Shown here: piece by piece, positions 1 through 10,098 of the stretch
How positions within the stretch are numbered: position 1 is the first letter of the stretch
How the letters are laid out: the number at the start of each line of letters is the position of its first letter
The notes under the pieces: generated by a model
Database searches by the model: none
Seen by the model: only the letters and a program-made list of their open reading frames with translations
Told to the model about the DNA's origin: nothing
Position numbers and translations under genes: made by a program
Source: Deltaproteobacteria bacterium
GTDB taxonomy: Bacteria; Desulfobacterota; JBBIRW01
Assembly (NCBI GenBank): GCA_037441565.1
Contig: JBBIRW010000007.1
Location: forward strand, 43,297 to 107,296
Direction: 5' to 3'
Length of the DNA: 64,000 bases

Positions 1-186
1 TAGCTGCATCAACTCTTTTTCCCTTAACCTTGAGGCGAGGTCGTAGATATTACATGCCCTCTTTTCCATTGTCTGGAGGAGCTCTAATTCATGTTTTATT
101 GTGTTTGAAATCTCGCTCCAGATATAATTCTCCAGCTCTCTTATTGCCTCCTCCCTGCTTCTTTTGAAAATCTTTATCTCATTCAT
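1..186 (-). CDS. hypothetical protein, 5' fragment (gene continues past window start)
   Basis: Minus-strand frame opens with ATG at 184-186 (MNEIKIFKRSREEAIRELENYIW...) and stays open to position 1. No recognisable domain. Confidence 0.3.
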   Translation of the reverse strand, partial: MNEIKIFKRSREEAIRELENYIWSEISNTIKHELELLQTMEKRACNIYDLASRLREKELMQL

Positions 187-252
187 ACATTAAAAGCACT
201 TATATTCTATATCATTCTTATAATACAGTCCAACCTATAAAAATTGACACCA

Positions 253-1305
253 TTACGGTTGTTTTTCAGACTTGGAATTTGATCTCAGATAAACTGTCCT
301 TATGGGAAATGGGATTTCAATACCTTCCTCTCTGAAACGCCTGAATATTCTCTTTCTCATCTCATGCTGAACATAATACTGATCCACAAACTCTTTTACC
401 TGGCAGATTAGCGTAAAATTGAGTGAAAAATCGCCAAAGCCCGGAATAAATCTTACAAACGGCTCTGACTCTTCAACCATTCCTGGAATCTCCTTTGTCG
501 CCTTTTTTGCCTCATCAATAAGAATCCTTTCGATTCTTTCAGGATCGCTCTCATAGCTTACAGAAATCGGTATGAGAAGGGACATCCTTTTTTCAGGAAG
601 GTAGTAGTTCGTAATTATGGATTGGGAAAGTTTCGCATTGGGGATTATTACAAGATTATTTGGGAGAGTCCTTATCCTTGTTGCCCTCCAACCAATATCA
701 ACAACATAGCCTTCATCTCCTGTGTCAAGTTTTATGTAATCACCAACCCTTATCTGTTTTGATACCGTTATGTAGATACCTGCAAAAAGGTTTGAAAGGG
801 TATCCTGAAGACCGAGGGCAACTGCAAGACCGCCAACACCGAGCGCTGTAAGGATGGGTGTTATTGAGATATCGAGCATGTTCAGTATTATTAAGAGACC
901 TATTATGATAATTACCCATCGAGAGATATTTCTTGTAAGTGTCGTTATTGGCATTATTCCTTCAAATCTCTCTCCGTAAGATTCAATGAAATCACCGACT
1001 ATCTTTGCAGTAACAAGAGAAACACTGAAGATAAGGAGTGATATTAACACCTTCTCAATAAGGAGAGAAGTTCTCAATTCAAGATCCATCGTTCTTACTG
1101 TCATGTATATAGCAAGAAGAACAATCCAGATGATCGATGCCCTGCCTGTGGCATTGAGTATTATATCATCTAACTTTGACTCTGTTTTTTTCGCCCATTT
1201 ATGAAGGATGTTAAAAAGCAGATGCCTTATGATATATCCTATAATAAGAACAGCAAGGGCGGTCAGTATGGTTAAAGAGGGCTCCGGAATCATCTTTGAT
1301 GACAT
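253..1305 (-). CDS. mechanosensitive ion channel, MscS family
   Basis: 350 aa; N-terminal TM helices followed by an MscS-type beta domain (GLQDTLSNLFAGIYI, IRVGDYIKLDTGDEGYVVDIGWRATRIRT). Confidence 0.85.
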   Translation of the reverse strand: MSSKMIPEPSLTILTALAVLIIGYIIRHLLFNILHKWAKKTESKLDDIILNATGRASIIWIVLLAIYMTVRTMDLELRTSLLIEKVLISLLIFSVSLVTAKIVGDFIESYGERFEGIMPITTLTRNISRWVIIIIGLLIILNMLDISITPILTALGVGGLAVALGLQDTLSNLFAGIYITVSKQIRVGDYIKLDTGDEGYVVDIGWRATRIRTLPNNLVIIPNAKLSQSIITNYYLPEKRMSLLIPISVSYESDPERIERILIDEAKKATKEIPGMVEESEPFVRFIPGFGDFSLNFTLICQVKEFVDQYYVQHEMRKRIFRRFREEGIEIPFPIRTVYLRSNSKSEKQP

Positions 1306-1385
1306 TTCTTCTCCCCGCCCGGTTTTTTCAGAGGCATAAAATAAGTATCAATCTTACTCTACCTCAAAGTGAACGGGATCTTTGA

Positions 1386-2876
1386 TCAAAAATGAAGGAT
1401 CTTTTCCACCTCTTCACGATCACACTCCATAACGTATGGGATACCCGAAATCTCCGAAGCCTCTTTTGTGAGTGCAAAGATATCATCTCTCGAGATGTGA
1501 TCAATCGTAAACTTCCTTGCCCCAGCCATAAGCTGCTGGAGTCCTGTTTTTATCCTGTCTATATATGTGTAGAGACCTAAAGCACCAGGAGGGATCATCC
1601 TGAATCTATTTCCATATTTGCTTTCAAGGATCTCTGCAGTAACGAATATGTGTTCTATGTCTGTACCAAATTGTGAGATGTTTTTTGGAAGTTTCCCCTC
1701 TTTTATCCAGATACCTATATTCTTTCCAACCATTGCAGGGATCATGGTTGCCCTTCCCATGCAAACGGCCTTAACGAATGGAGCACCAAGGGCAAGGGCT
1801 TTAAATATATGATCCTCAAAAGAAATCCCGCCACCTATTGCAAGGGAAGGTATATATTTACCCTTTTCGTGAAGCCTCTTTGCATACTCATAAAGGAGAC
1901 ATTCGATATACACAGTCGGGATACCCCATTCATTCATCATTCTCCATGGACTCATTCCTGTTCCTCCACCTGCGCCATCAACAGTAAGGAGATCAACCTT
2001 TGCTATGGAACAGAGCTTAAGTGCCAGAGCAAGGTCCCTTGGTCTGTAGGCACCGGTTTTAAGGGATACGAACTTAACACCTATCTTCCTCAGATGCTCT
2101 ACTTCCTTAATGAACTCCTCCTCATTAACCATGCCAAGTCTTGAATGCCTTTCAAATTCTTTAAAAACACCATCCCTGAATGCCTTCTGAATCACCCCAT
2201 CCTCAGGGTCAGGAAGCACCACATATCCCCTTTCCTTTAATCTGAGTGCAGATTCCAGGGTGGGAAGCTTTACCTCTCCACCTATATCCTTTGCACCCTG
2301 CCCCCATTTTATCTCGATTGCCTTAACACCGAGTTTTTCAACCGCATATTCAGGCACTCTTGCCCTTCCATCCTCCACATTGTGTTGAACCAGAACCTCT
2401 CCGTAACCCTCATACCAGTCCTGAAAAAGCCTCACCCTTCTTTCCAGCTCGGGCGATTTTATAACCCTCCCGTTTCTGAATTCTGCATCAGGGTCCATAC
2501 CACATACATTCTCACCTATTACAAGTGCAATACCGGATAATGCTGATCCAATGGCCATACCCTCCCAGTTGTTCCTTGCAATATCGGTGGATCCAAGGGC
2601 ACCTGTAAAAATGGGAACCTGTAACTTTATCCTGTAGCCCCCCTTTCCGATTATGGTCTCCACATTTACATTGGGAAAGACCGCCTTATCGGGGTCTGCC
2701 TCAATACCATATGCACCCACACATGAGCCGTGGATATTGAAATGGGAAAAATCAACAGGATAATCCTTTGTTGCACCTGCTGTAACCTTGCCAAATGGTT
2801 CTGGGTATATAACTTCTCTGCCTCTGAATGATGATTTTGCTATCTCACATGTGCCGGGGCAGCCATCAAGGCACAC
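1386..2876 (-). CDS. FMN-dependent glutamate synthase domain family protein (GltB central-domain homolog)
   Basis: 496 aa; Cys-rich N-terminus (CLDGCPGTC) and conserved FMN-domain motifs (LKTGAYRP, DGAGGGTGMSP, AIGGGI). Confidence 0.8.
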   Translation of the reverse strand: MCLDGCPGTCEIAKSSFRGREVIYPEPFGKVTAGATKDYPVDFSHFNIHGSCVGAYGIEADPDKAVFPNVNVETIIGKGGYRIKLQVPIFTGALGSTDIARNNWEGMAIGSALSGIALVIGENVCGMDPDAEFRNGRVIKSPELERRVRLFQDWYEGYGEVLVQHNVEDGRARVPEYAVEKLGVKAIEIKWGQGAKDIGGEVKLPTLESALRLKERGYVVLPDPEDGVIQKAFRDGVFKEFERHSRLGMVNEEEFIKEVEHLRKIGVKFVSLKTGAYRPRDLALALKLCSIAKVDLLTVDGAGGGTGMSPWRMMNEWGIPTVYIECLLYEYAKRLHEKGKYIPSLAIGGGISFEDHIFKALALGAPFVKAVCMGRATMIPAMVGKNIGIWIKEGKLPKNISQFGTDIEHIFVTAEILESKYGNRFRMIPPGALGLYTYIDRIKTGLQQLMAGARKFTIDHISRDDIFALTKEASEISGIPYVMECDREEVEKILHF

Positions 2877-3086
2877 AGAACAGATGCCCGAAGATGGGGA
2901 AGCCTCAGGAATCCTTAATCTTGTGGATGTTACAGAACCCCTATTGATATCCCTGCTAAAACTTATTACTATTCCTCCTTATTAGTTTAGTTTATCTATG
3001 AAATAAATCTTCTTTTATAAATTTTGTCAACAATTTTCTTTAAAAATATTCTTTAAAAAAGGCAATTTATATAATACCGTTTTATT

Positions 3087-3920
3087 TTAAAATAGACTCC
3101 TGAGTACCTTGAGGTTCTCCATGTCCATGTCGCCTTCTTTTGGTGTTTCTATAATCATTGGCATATCCTCGAATATTTCGTTTGAAAGGATTACTCGGAA
3201 GGGCTCAGTTCCGATAAAGCCCCTTCCTATGTGCTCGTGGCGATCGACCTTTGAATTAAAAGGCATTTTTGAATCATTAAGATGAAAAACTTTTAATTTT
3301 GCAAGGCCAACAATTGAATCGATTGCTTTGAAGATCCTATCCCACCCTTTATGGTCAAGCCTGTATCCAGCAGCAAAAAGATGGCATGTATCGAAGCATA
3401 TACCCAATCTTTCGGTATTTTTTACACTATCGAATAGATCAAGGATCTCCTCCAGGCTTGATCCAATGGCGGAGCCCTGTCCTGCTGTATTTTCAAGAAG
3501 GATTATGGTTGAAGTATCCTGTGTTTCATCAATGATTTCAGCAATAGCTGAGCTGCACCTCCTGATCCCCCACCTCACTCCCATTCCCCCATGAGAACCG
3601 CAATGGACAATCCAGTAAGGGATCCCTAATCGTGAGCATCTCTTTATCTCTTCGACGGATGCATCTATGGACCTCTTCCACAATTTTGCATCAGGGGATG
3701 CCAGGTTTATAAGGTAGCTTGAATGGGCAATGACCTGCTTTATCCCTGTTTCCTTCCATGCCCTATCAAAAAGTGCAATCTGGGATTCTTCAAGCGGTGG
3801 AAAATCCCACCTTACCTGATTCCGCAAGAATATCTGAACTGCATCACATCCGAGTTTTTTACCCCTTATAAGTGCCCTCCAGAGCCCACCCGCAATAGAG
3901 ATATGAGCACCAAGATTCAA
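3087..3920 (-). CDS. nfo: deoxyribonuclease IV (AP endonuclease family 2)
   Basis: 277 aa; hallmark Nfo motifs HSSYLINL, ENTAGQG, CFDTCH, HLNDSK. Confidence 0.85.
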   Translation of the reverse strand: MNLGAHISIAGGLWRALIRGKKLGCDAVQIFLRNQVRWDFPPLEESQIALFDRAWKETGIKQVIAHSSYLINLASPDAKLWKRSIDASVEEIKRCSRLGIPYWIVHCGSHGGMGVRWGIRRCSSAIAEIIDETQDTSTIILLENTAGQGSAIGSSLEEILDLFDSVKNTERLGICFDTCHLFAAGYRLDHKGWDRIFKAIDSIVGLAKLKVFHLNDSKMPFNSKVDRHEHIGRGFIGTEPFRVILSNEIFEDMPMIIETPKEGDMDMENLKVLRSLF

Positions 3921-3944
3921 CCTTTCTCCCTTAGAAATCTTAGA

Positions 3945-4661
3945 TTAAAATTTCCATATTACACTTGCCATAAAAGATGTTTCCGCTCCTACATCAATTT
4001 CAGCAAGGAGGGATGCAAAGGGTGAGATTCTGTACTCGACCCCTCCGAATACCTTTATAAGCTCATCCTGCCTGTAATCCCTGTCAGGGAGACCCTCAAT
4101 CTTAAGGGTTCCCTCCACACCACTTAATGCAATTCCCATATACGGTGTAATGGGAGAAGTCCTTCCAACCTGATGGAACTGAACTCCTGTTGAAATCTCC
4201 CAGTTAAGTTGCTTTATCTTTCCACTGAGCGAACCTATAAAATCTTCGTCCTCGCTTTCAAAATAAAAAAGTTCAGCTTTTATACCCCAGAAGGGCTTCC
4301 CCTCAATCTCAAGAAGATTTACTGCAGCACCACCACCGATTCCCAATCCCACATCACCATTGAAATCACTGCCAAGGATGCTGTTGTCAGACTCTGCTCT
4401 TGCAGCACCTATTGAAAAAAATAGTTCAAGGTTTTTGTCTATTGTAAATGATGGCTTTATAAAGAATCGCTGCACGAGGATATCCTCACTGGGGATCTCA
4501 TCAAAATCCATTTCCCTTATAGAGAAATCATAACCCATTTCAAGCTGTGCCTTACCATAGGGTAGAGAAACAGTCGGCTTACCAATTCCCATTGCGTATC
4601 CATTTTCTGAAATCATTAAACACAGTATTGAAAATAGTAGGATCAGAATGGACCTCTTCAT
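3945..4661 (-). CDS. putative outer-membrane beta-barrel protein
   Basis: 238 aa; N-terminal signal peptide, alternating hydrophobic beta-strand pattern, C-terminal aromatic residue (WKF). Confidence 0.5.
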   Translation of the reverse strand: MKRSILILLFSILCLMISENGYAMGIGKPTVSLPYGKAQLEMGYDFSIREMDFDEIPSEDILVQRFFIKPSFTIDKNLELFFSIGAARAESDNSILGSDFNGDVGLGIGGGAAVNLLEIEGKPFWGIKAELFYFESEDEDFIGSLSGKIKQLNWEISTGVQFHQVGRTSPITPYMGIALSGVEGTLKIEGLPDRDYRQDELIKVFGGVEYRISPFASLLAEIDVGAETSFMASVIWKF

Positions 4662-4732
4662 CTCTGTACCTCCATTGCTTATAATTCGATAGATGATTGA
4701 TTAATGATAGCAGATAAAATAAAAATAAGTAA

Positions 4733-5206
4733 ATGTTACACACGCAGAGACACCTTATTTTCTTACTCATCTTTGTTTTCCTCATTTCGTGCTCGAAAAA
4801 ATACACCCCTGATGAGGAGCTTATAAGCCGGACAATAAGAGAAGCAGCTCAGGCAACACAGGCAAAGGATCTAAAAGGTCTTCTTAAACATATTTCAACA
4901 TCCTACAAGGATCCCATGGGAAATGACAGGGATGGTATAAAAGGCATTCTTCTCTATCATTTTACGAGAAATGAAAAGATATCAATTTTTATAGTAAAGG
5001 AGGAGATAGAGGCAGGCAGAGAAAAGGGAAAGGCAATAATTAAGGTCATCTTCACAGGTGAAAAAAAGCCGTCGCAGGAGATAAAGGAGCTTATCAAGAG
5101 TGCACTCGGTATCTATATGTTCGAAATCTCCTTTAAAAAGGAAAGGGGTAGATGGCTTGCCATATCAGCAACATGGACAGAGATCGGACTAAAGGAGTTG
5201 CTCTAA
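4733..5206 (+). CDS. putative lipoprotein, unknown function
   Basis: 157 aa; signal peptide with lipobox-like LISCS, then a soluble domain. Confidence 0.5.
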   Translation: MLHTQRHLIFLLIFVFLISCSKKYTPDEELISRTIREAAQATQAKDLKGLLKHISTSYKDPMGNDRDGIKGILLYHFTRNEKISIFIVKEEIEAGREKGKAIIKVIFTGEKKPSQEIKELIKSALGIYMFEISFKKERGRWLAISATWTEIGLKELL

Positions 5207-5895
5207 CCCTTAAATAATTTTTCAAGCTGCGAAAGGCTTATCTCTCTCAGCGAATCAATAACAATAAGGGGGGAGAGTTTCTCAAGCCTCTCCCTGGGGT
5301 AGGAGTTCGTAACAGCTATACAGAACATGCCAGCCTCCTTCGCAGCCTTTATCCCATGGATTGAATCCTCTATAACAACGCACTCTGAAGGGATTATGGG
5401 TGGGTTTAATTTTAAAAGTTTATTAAGAAGATCAAGTGCTTTTATATAAGATTCGGGATCCGGTTTGCCCCTTTCCACATCATCAGCAGAAACGATAACG
5501 GAGAAGCAATCCTTAATACCACCTTTTTCCAATAAAAAGACTATCTCCTTTCTCATTGCGCCCGATGCAATTCCAAGCGGAAATCTTTTTGAGGCATCTT
5601 TAATGAAATCGATCGATCCTTCATAAAATCTCACACCTTCCTTCATAGCCTCCTCAAAGTATAACCCCTTTTTCTCAATAAGCTCCCTGATTTTTTCATC
5701 GCTAATTTCCCTTCCATGTGATAGGAAAACCTCCCTGAAACACCCCTTATCATCAAGGGCAAGATATTTTTCATAATATTCCTTTTCTGGAAGCTCAATA
5801 CCCTCCTGCTTTAATGTCTTCTGGAATGCTGTGAGATGTAGTGCCTCTGTATCAGCAATCACCCCATCAAAGTCAAATATGATTGCCCTGAGCAT
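5203..5895 (-). CDS. HAD-superfamily hydrolase (subfamily IA, phosphatase/beta-phosphoglucomutase-like)
   Basis: 230 aa; N-terminal FDFDGVIADTE (DxDG motif) and a later GIASGA motif. Confidence 0.8.
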   Translation of the reverse strand: MLRAIIFDFDGVIADTEALHLTAFQKTLKQEGIELPEKEYYEKYLALDDKGCFREVFLSHGREISDEKIRELIEKKGLYFEEAMKEGVRFYEGSIDFIKDASKRFPLGIASGAMRKEIVFLLEKGGIKDCFSVIVSADDVERGKPDPESYIKALDLLNKLLKLNPPIIPSECVVIEDSIHGIKAAKEAGMFCIAVTNSYPRERLEKLSPLIVIDSLREISLSQLEKLFKG

Positions 5896-5919
5896 GAAAT
5901 ACCCTCAGTTTAAAATTGT

Positions 5920-6783
5920 TTGAATGTCCTTCCTTTTTACATTATGATTTTTTTTGCTTCAATAGTTTTTTTCACTGAGAGGGAAAAGATGTATAGAATT
6001 CATGTCCACATCCCTTTTGATATGCTCACAGGATATATGGAAAACATATTGAAAATGAGAATCAATCTTGAAATCGCCTTTAACGCAAGATCCCTCGATA
6101 AGGTGAAAAAATGGGAATTCCAGAAGATCATCAGCACCTTTAATTATAAACCTTCGATCACCTTCCATGCGCCCTTTATGGACCTCTCGGCAGGTGCCCT
6201 TGATGAGAAAATAAGGAAGGTATCGGAAAAAAGAATCCTTCAGGTCCTGAACCTCTCAAAGGTTCTACATCCTGCACTCATAGTTGTCCACACCGGTTAT
6301 GAGAAATGGAGGTATGCGGGGCTTTATGATAAGTTCTTCAGGAGTAGTAAAAAAACATGGAAAAGGATTATCAGTGAGGCAGAAAAGTTAGATATCCCGA
6401 TTGCACTTGAAAATGTCTTTGAAGAGGATACCTCACTTATAAAAAATCTTATCCAGGAGATAGGTTCAAAAAAGATGGGGCATTGTTTTGATGTGGGGCA
6501 TTTCCATATATTCGGTAAGATTCCTATTGAAAAGTGGTTTGATGATCTCGGCGAATTTATAATGGAGGTTCATCTTCACGATAATAGGGGAAAATGGGAT
6601 GAACATCTCGCACCAGGAAGTGGAAATATTGATTTCAAGACCCTTTTCTCCCTCATCTCAAAACTCCCATCAAAACCTATCCTCACACTTGAGGCGCATT
6701 CAAGGGAGGATGTGGAAATAGGAATGGAGAAAATCAAGAGATTTATAGAGGCAATGGATCATAAGGGTGGATTTTCTATATAG
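5920..6783 (+). CDS. sugar phosphate isomerase/epimerase (xylose isomerase-like TIM barrel)
   Basis: 287 aa ORF; conserved His/Glu/Asp pattern (ALENVFEE, HCFDVGHFH, HLHDNRG). True start is probably the internal ATG near 5989 (MYRIHVHIP). Confidence 0.7.
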   Translation: MNVLPFYIMIFFASIVFFTEREKMYRIHVHIPFDMLTGYMENILKMRINLEIAFNARSLDKVKKWEFQKIISTFNYKPSITFHAPFMDLSAGALDEKIRKVSEKRILQVLNLSKVLHPALIVVHTGYEKWRYAGLYDKFFRSSKKTWKRIISEAEKLDIPIALENVFEEDTSLIKNLIQEIGSKKMGHCFDVGHFHIFGKIPIEKWFDDLGEFIMEVHLHDNRGKWDEHLAPGSGNIDFKTLFSLISKLPSKPILTLEAHSREDVEIGMEKIKRFIEAMDHKGGFSI

Positions 6784-8441
6784 TAAGATATGGACTTCAA
6801 TGCCTCCTTGAGTTCGCCGCCGCTGGAAAATCTTTCCTTCACATTCTTCCTGAGGCACTTCATTATGATATTGTCTAGCTCCTCTCTAATTGACGGGTCA
6901 ATGACCATGGGTCTCTCAGGCTCCTCTTCAAGGATTTTATCCATAAGGTTTTTTTCAACAGGATCATAAAATGGAAGTCTCCCTGTATGAATCTGATACA
7001 TGATAACCCCCAGTGCCCATATATCACTCCTCTTTTCACTTTTCCCCAGTATCTGTTCCGGTGCCATATATGGTCTTGTCCCTATAACGGTTTTGCTTAT
7101 CTCCTCATCCCGTAGCTCCTTTGCTGTTCCATAATCAAGTAACTTCAGTATGCCATCGTTCCTTATCAGTATATTCTCAGGCTTTATGTCCCTATGAACA
7201 ACGTTTCTGCTGTGGGCATGGGAAACAATATCCACAAGCTGACTGATATAAAACCTCTTTTCACCTTCACTCATTCCAATCTTCATTTTATCACTAAGTG
7301 TTATTCCATCGACAAACTCCTGAACGATGATTATCCTTTCATTGTGCTTCAATATATCCTTAACTGATACAGCATTTCTGTGTGGCTCAAGTTTCTTGCA
7401 TATCAATGCCTCCTTTAAAAATCTTCTATTGTATTTTTCGCTCCTTGGTATCTTCAGCACACAAAATTCATCCCTGTTCATATTCATGATATTCCTTGCC
7501 TTCCATATCTCCGAGAAAGTCCCATCACCAAGCTTCTCAATCTTTTCGTACCTATCAGCAATAAGTTCTGACATCCTTTTGATACATATAAAATTCCTCT
7601 CGATGGGAATGAGATTGCTCAGTATATTTAAAAGAAACCTCCTTACCCTTCCACCTTTTTCTTTTGATTCCACCCACATGTTGCTTTCGGAATCCAGGCC
7701 TATGTTTATACCCTCATAACCGATGATCTCGCCTTTCTCATCCTTAACAAGCTGACCCGAGATAAGAACCGTAATGATACTTCCGTCCTTTCTTTTGAAG
7801 TTGACTTTGAAGTCATTAACAAAACCGTTCTTCTCTATGAGATATTGGAAGAGTTTTCTGTCATCAGGATTCACATATATATCCTTTGGAATATTTACCT
7901 TCATCAATTCATTCTTACTTTCATATCCCAGCATACGTACAAGGGCATCATTGCATTCAATAAACCTTCCATCCCTGCTACTCAGAAAAACGCCTTCCCT
8001 TATGGACTCAAGGATAAGCCTGTATTTTCTCTCAAATTCAGATAATCTTTTCCTTTGAAGGGCGAGATTTGAGAGTATCCTTATCTTTGATAACAGTTCA
8101 TAAGGTTTCAATGGCTTTTTCAAATAATCGGAAGTTCCGTGCTGGATAATCTTTTCGATGGTCTCATCGGTTATGCCCTCATTTAAAAGCATGAGCATCG
8201 GGATCCGAGAAATGGGTGGAATTGATATCAACCTGAGATAAAGTTCATTCAGCATGTCCGTCTCTTTGGGAGAATCAATTACAAGCAGATCAACACCCCC
8301 TTTTTCCACCTCTTCGAAGACTTCATCCAGTATAGCTAAGACAGAAAGCTTATAGTCCTTGCCCTTCAGAACCTCCATAAATAGGGCTTCACAATCTCGA
8401 TCTTCATCCAGAAGCAATATTCTTACAAGCTCGCCGCTCAT
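6759..8441 (-). CDS. response-regulator receiver / PAS / Hanks-type Ser/Thr protein kinase fusion
   Basis: 560 aa; REC domain (LLLDED, DLLVID, YLKKP), PAS domain (GVFLSSRDGRFIECNDALVRMLGY), kinase domain with HRDIKPENIL catalytic loop, DYG and TRPYMAPE motifs. Confidence 0.8.
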   Translation of the reverse strand: MSGELVRILLLDEDRDCEALFMEVLKGKDYKLSVLAILDEVFEEVEKGGVDLLVIDSPKETDMLNELYLRLISIPPISRIPMLMLLNEGITDETIEKIIQHGTSDYLKKPLKPYELLSKIRILSNLALQRKRLSEFERKYRLILESIREGVFLSSRDGRFIECNDALVRMLGYESKNELMKVNIPKDIYVNPDDRKLFQYLIEKNGFVNDFKVNFKRKDGSIITVLISGQLVKDEKGEIIGYEGINIGLDSESNMWVESKEKGGRVRRFLLNILSNLIPIERNFICIKRMSELIADRYEKIEKLGDGTFSEIWKARNIMNMNRDEFCVLKIPRSEKYNRRFLKEALICKKLEPHRNAVSVKDILKHNERIIIVQEFVDGITLSDKMKIGMSEGEKRFYISQLVDIVSHAHSRNVVHRDIKPENILIRNDGILKLLDYGTAKELRDEEISKTVIGTRPYMAPEQILGKSEKRSDIWALGVIMYQIHTGRLPFYDPVEKNLMDKILEEEPERPMVIDPSIREELDNIIMKCLRKNVKERFSSGGELKEALKSISYYIENPPL

Positions 8442-8473
8442 CTTCCAATCCCCTCAAAATTAATTATATAATA

Positions 8474-9145
8474 ATGACAAACATGAAGGCATCATCATTA
8501 AGCAAAATCAACAGGATCATATCTATCATAAGAAAGGAAACAGAAGATTTCGAAATACCTGCCGTCTCAAGGGTCGCCCGCTCAAGGGATCCATTCAGAA
8601 TCCTCATCTCCTGTATCCTTTCTCTTCGAACCAAAGACAACATAACCCGTGACTGCTCAACACGTCTCTTTCAGCTTGCATCAGATCCATATAAAATGAG
8701 CTCGCTTTCCATTGAGGAGATTGAAAAGGCGATATATCCCTGTGGATTTTACCGACAGAAGGCACGCTTCATCAAATCGATCTGTAGAAGCCTTATTGAG
8801 AAATACAATGGAAAGGTTCCTGATAACCTCAAAGATCTTATGGAACTCAAAGGTGTTGGAAGAAAAACCGCCAATCTTGTAATCACCCTTGGTTATAATA
8901 AATTTGGCATATGCGTCGATACACATGTCCATCGTATAGTTAACAGGTGGGGCTATGTTAAAACAAATAATCCAGAAGAGACAGAATTTGAGCTTAGAAA
9001 GAAGCTCCCTAAAAGATACTGGAAAGAATTCAACAGTCTGCTTGTAAGCTACGGTCAGCATATCTGTAAACCCGTAATTCCACTATGCAGTATCTGCAAG
9101 ATATCACGATTCTGCCTGAAGGAGGGTGTTAAAAAATCCAGGTAG
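8474..9145 (+). CDS. nth: endonuclease III (HhH-GPD DNA glycosylase with [4Fe-4S])
   Basis: 223 aa; HhH motif LKGVGRKTANLV, DTHVHR, and the C-terminal Cx6Cx2Cx5C cluster (CKPVIPLCSICKISRFC). Confidence 0.85.
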   Translation: MTNMKASSLSKINRIISIIRKETEDFEIPAVSRVARSRDPFRILISCILSLRTKDNITRDCSTRLFQLASDPYKMSSLSIEEIEKAIYPCGFYRQKARFIKSICRSLIEKYNGKVPDNLKDLMELKGVGRKTANLVITLGYNKFGICVDTHVHRIVNRWGYVKTNNPEETEFELRKKLPKRYWKEFNSLLVSYGQHICKPVIPLCSICKISRFCLKEGVKKSR

Positions 9146-10096
9146 CAATGGCTGGAGCGGATCTTTTTCTGCAATCAAAAATTTTTGCGGCAGAGCATTA
9201 CATGGCTCCCCATCAAAATCTGGATTTTTGCAGATACAGATATGTGCCTCAATCCCTGAATGCCTTGAAATGTCTTTTATAAACCCGTATATACTTTTCC
9301 TTTTTGTAAAAGGAACAAGCTTTGTTTTTTTAGAAGTGCAAACCTCCCTCCAGGGCTCATCCACAAAATATGAAAGTATCCTGGTTAGTTCTCTCTTTCC
9401 CAGTTTGCTCCTCATTTCATAAATGATATTTGGCCTTAGATGAAGGCAGCTAATCGAAATCTTCTTTACACCATGTTCGTTTAAGACAGACACAAGTCTC
9501 TTTATTTCGAAAAAACTGTCGGTTACAGATGGAATAATCGGATCAATCCTCACCTCAACATCGATACCTGCTTCCTTTAGCATCTTTATGTTCTTCAATC
9601 TTTCATATGGCGTTGATGTATTTGGCTCAAATACATCATGATAATAATCGGAAAGGCTCACAATTCCTATACGGGCATGAATAAGATGCGGCTTTAATCT
9701 GAAGAGCCCGATAAAATCTTCAGGTATATTGCCCTTTGTTAGAAAGGAAAATGGTATATTCCTTTCAATAAGGATACGCATCGCCTTATAGGTAATTTCA
9801 AGAATTTCAGCTGCTGGCTGAAAGGAATCCGATGCAGTGTTAAAGATAACATAAATCGAGCGCGATCTTCTTATCAGTGAATCCAGATCTTTTTCAAGCA
9901 TTGTTTGTATATTCTTGTAAAGATAGACTGAGTATGGAGGAGGTGAGTTGCTATATGATTTTGCGTAACAATAAATACAATCATGGATACATCCAGATGT
10001 GATGTTTATCGCATAAAGACCCTTCATGCAGCCAAATGTAAATTTTTTGAGAGCGGATGTTTTCTTATCACATTTAATAATCTTCCACACTTTCAT
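9104..10096 (-). CDS. radical SAM protein, SplB-like (DNA-repair photolyase/spore-photoproduct-lyase family)
   Basis: 330 aa; CxxxCxxC motif (CIHDCIYCYA) near the N-terminus. Confidence 0.7.
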   Translation of the reverse strand: MKVWKIIKCDKKTSALKKFTFGCMKGLYAINITSGCIHDCIYCYAKSYSNSPPPYSVYLYKNIQTMLEKDLDSLIRRSRSIYVIFNTASDSFQPAAEILEITYKAMRILIERNIPFSFLTKGNIPEDFIGLFRLKPHLIHARIGIVSLSDYYHDVFEPNTSTPYERLKNIKMLKEAGIDVEVRIDPIIPSVTDSFFEIKRLVSVLNEHGVKKISISCLHLRPNIIYEMRSKLGKRELTRILSYFVDEPWREVCTSKKTKLVPFTKRKSIYGFIKDISRHSGIEAHICICKNPDFDGEPCNALPQKFLIAEKDPLQPLLPGFFNTLLQAES

Positions 10097-10098
10097 AT

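Noticed and set aside
2986-3086. AT-rich 100-bp stretch upstream of the glutamate-synthase-like gene, considered as possible small RNA or mobile-element end
   Set aside because: No inverted or direct terminal repeats and no structured RNA evident; most simply a promoter region.
7327-8058. Plus-strand ORFs (130, 94 and 66 aa) antisense to the REC-PAS-kinase gene
   Set aside because: Leu/Ser/Phe-rich antisense translations of a gene with strong domain support on the other strand.
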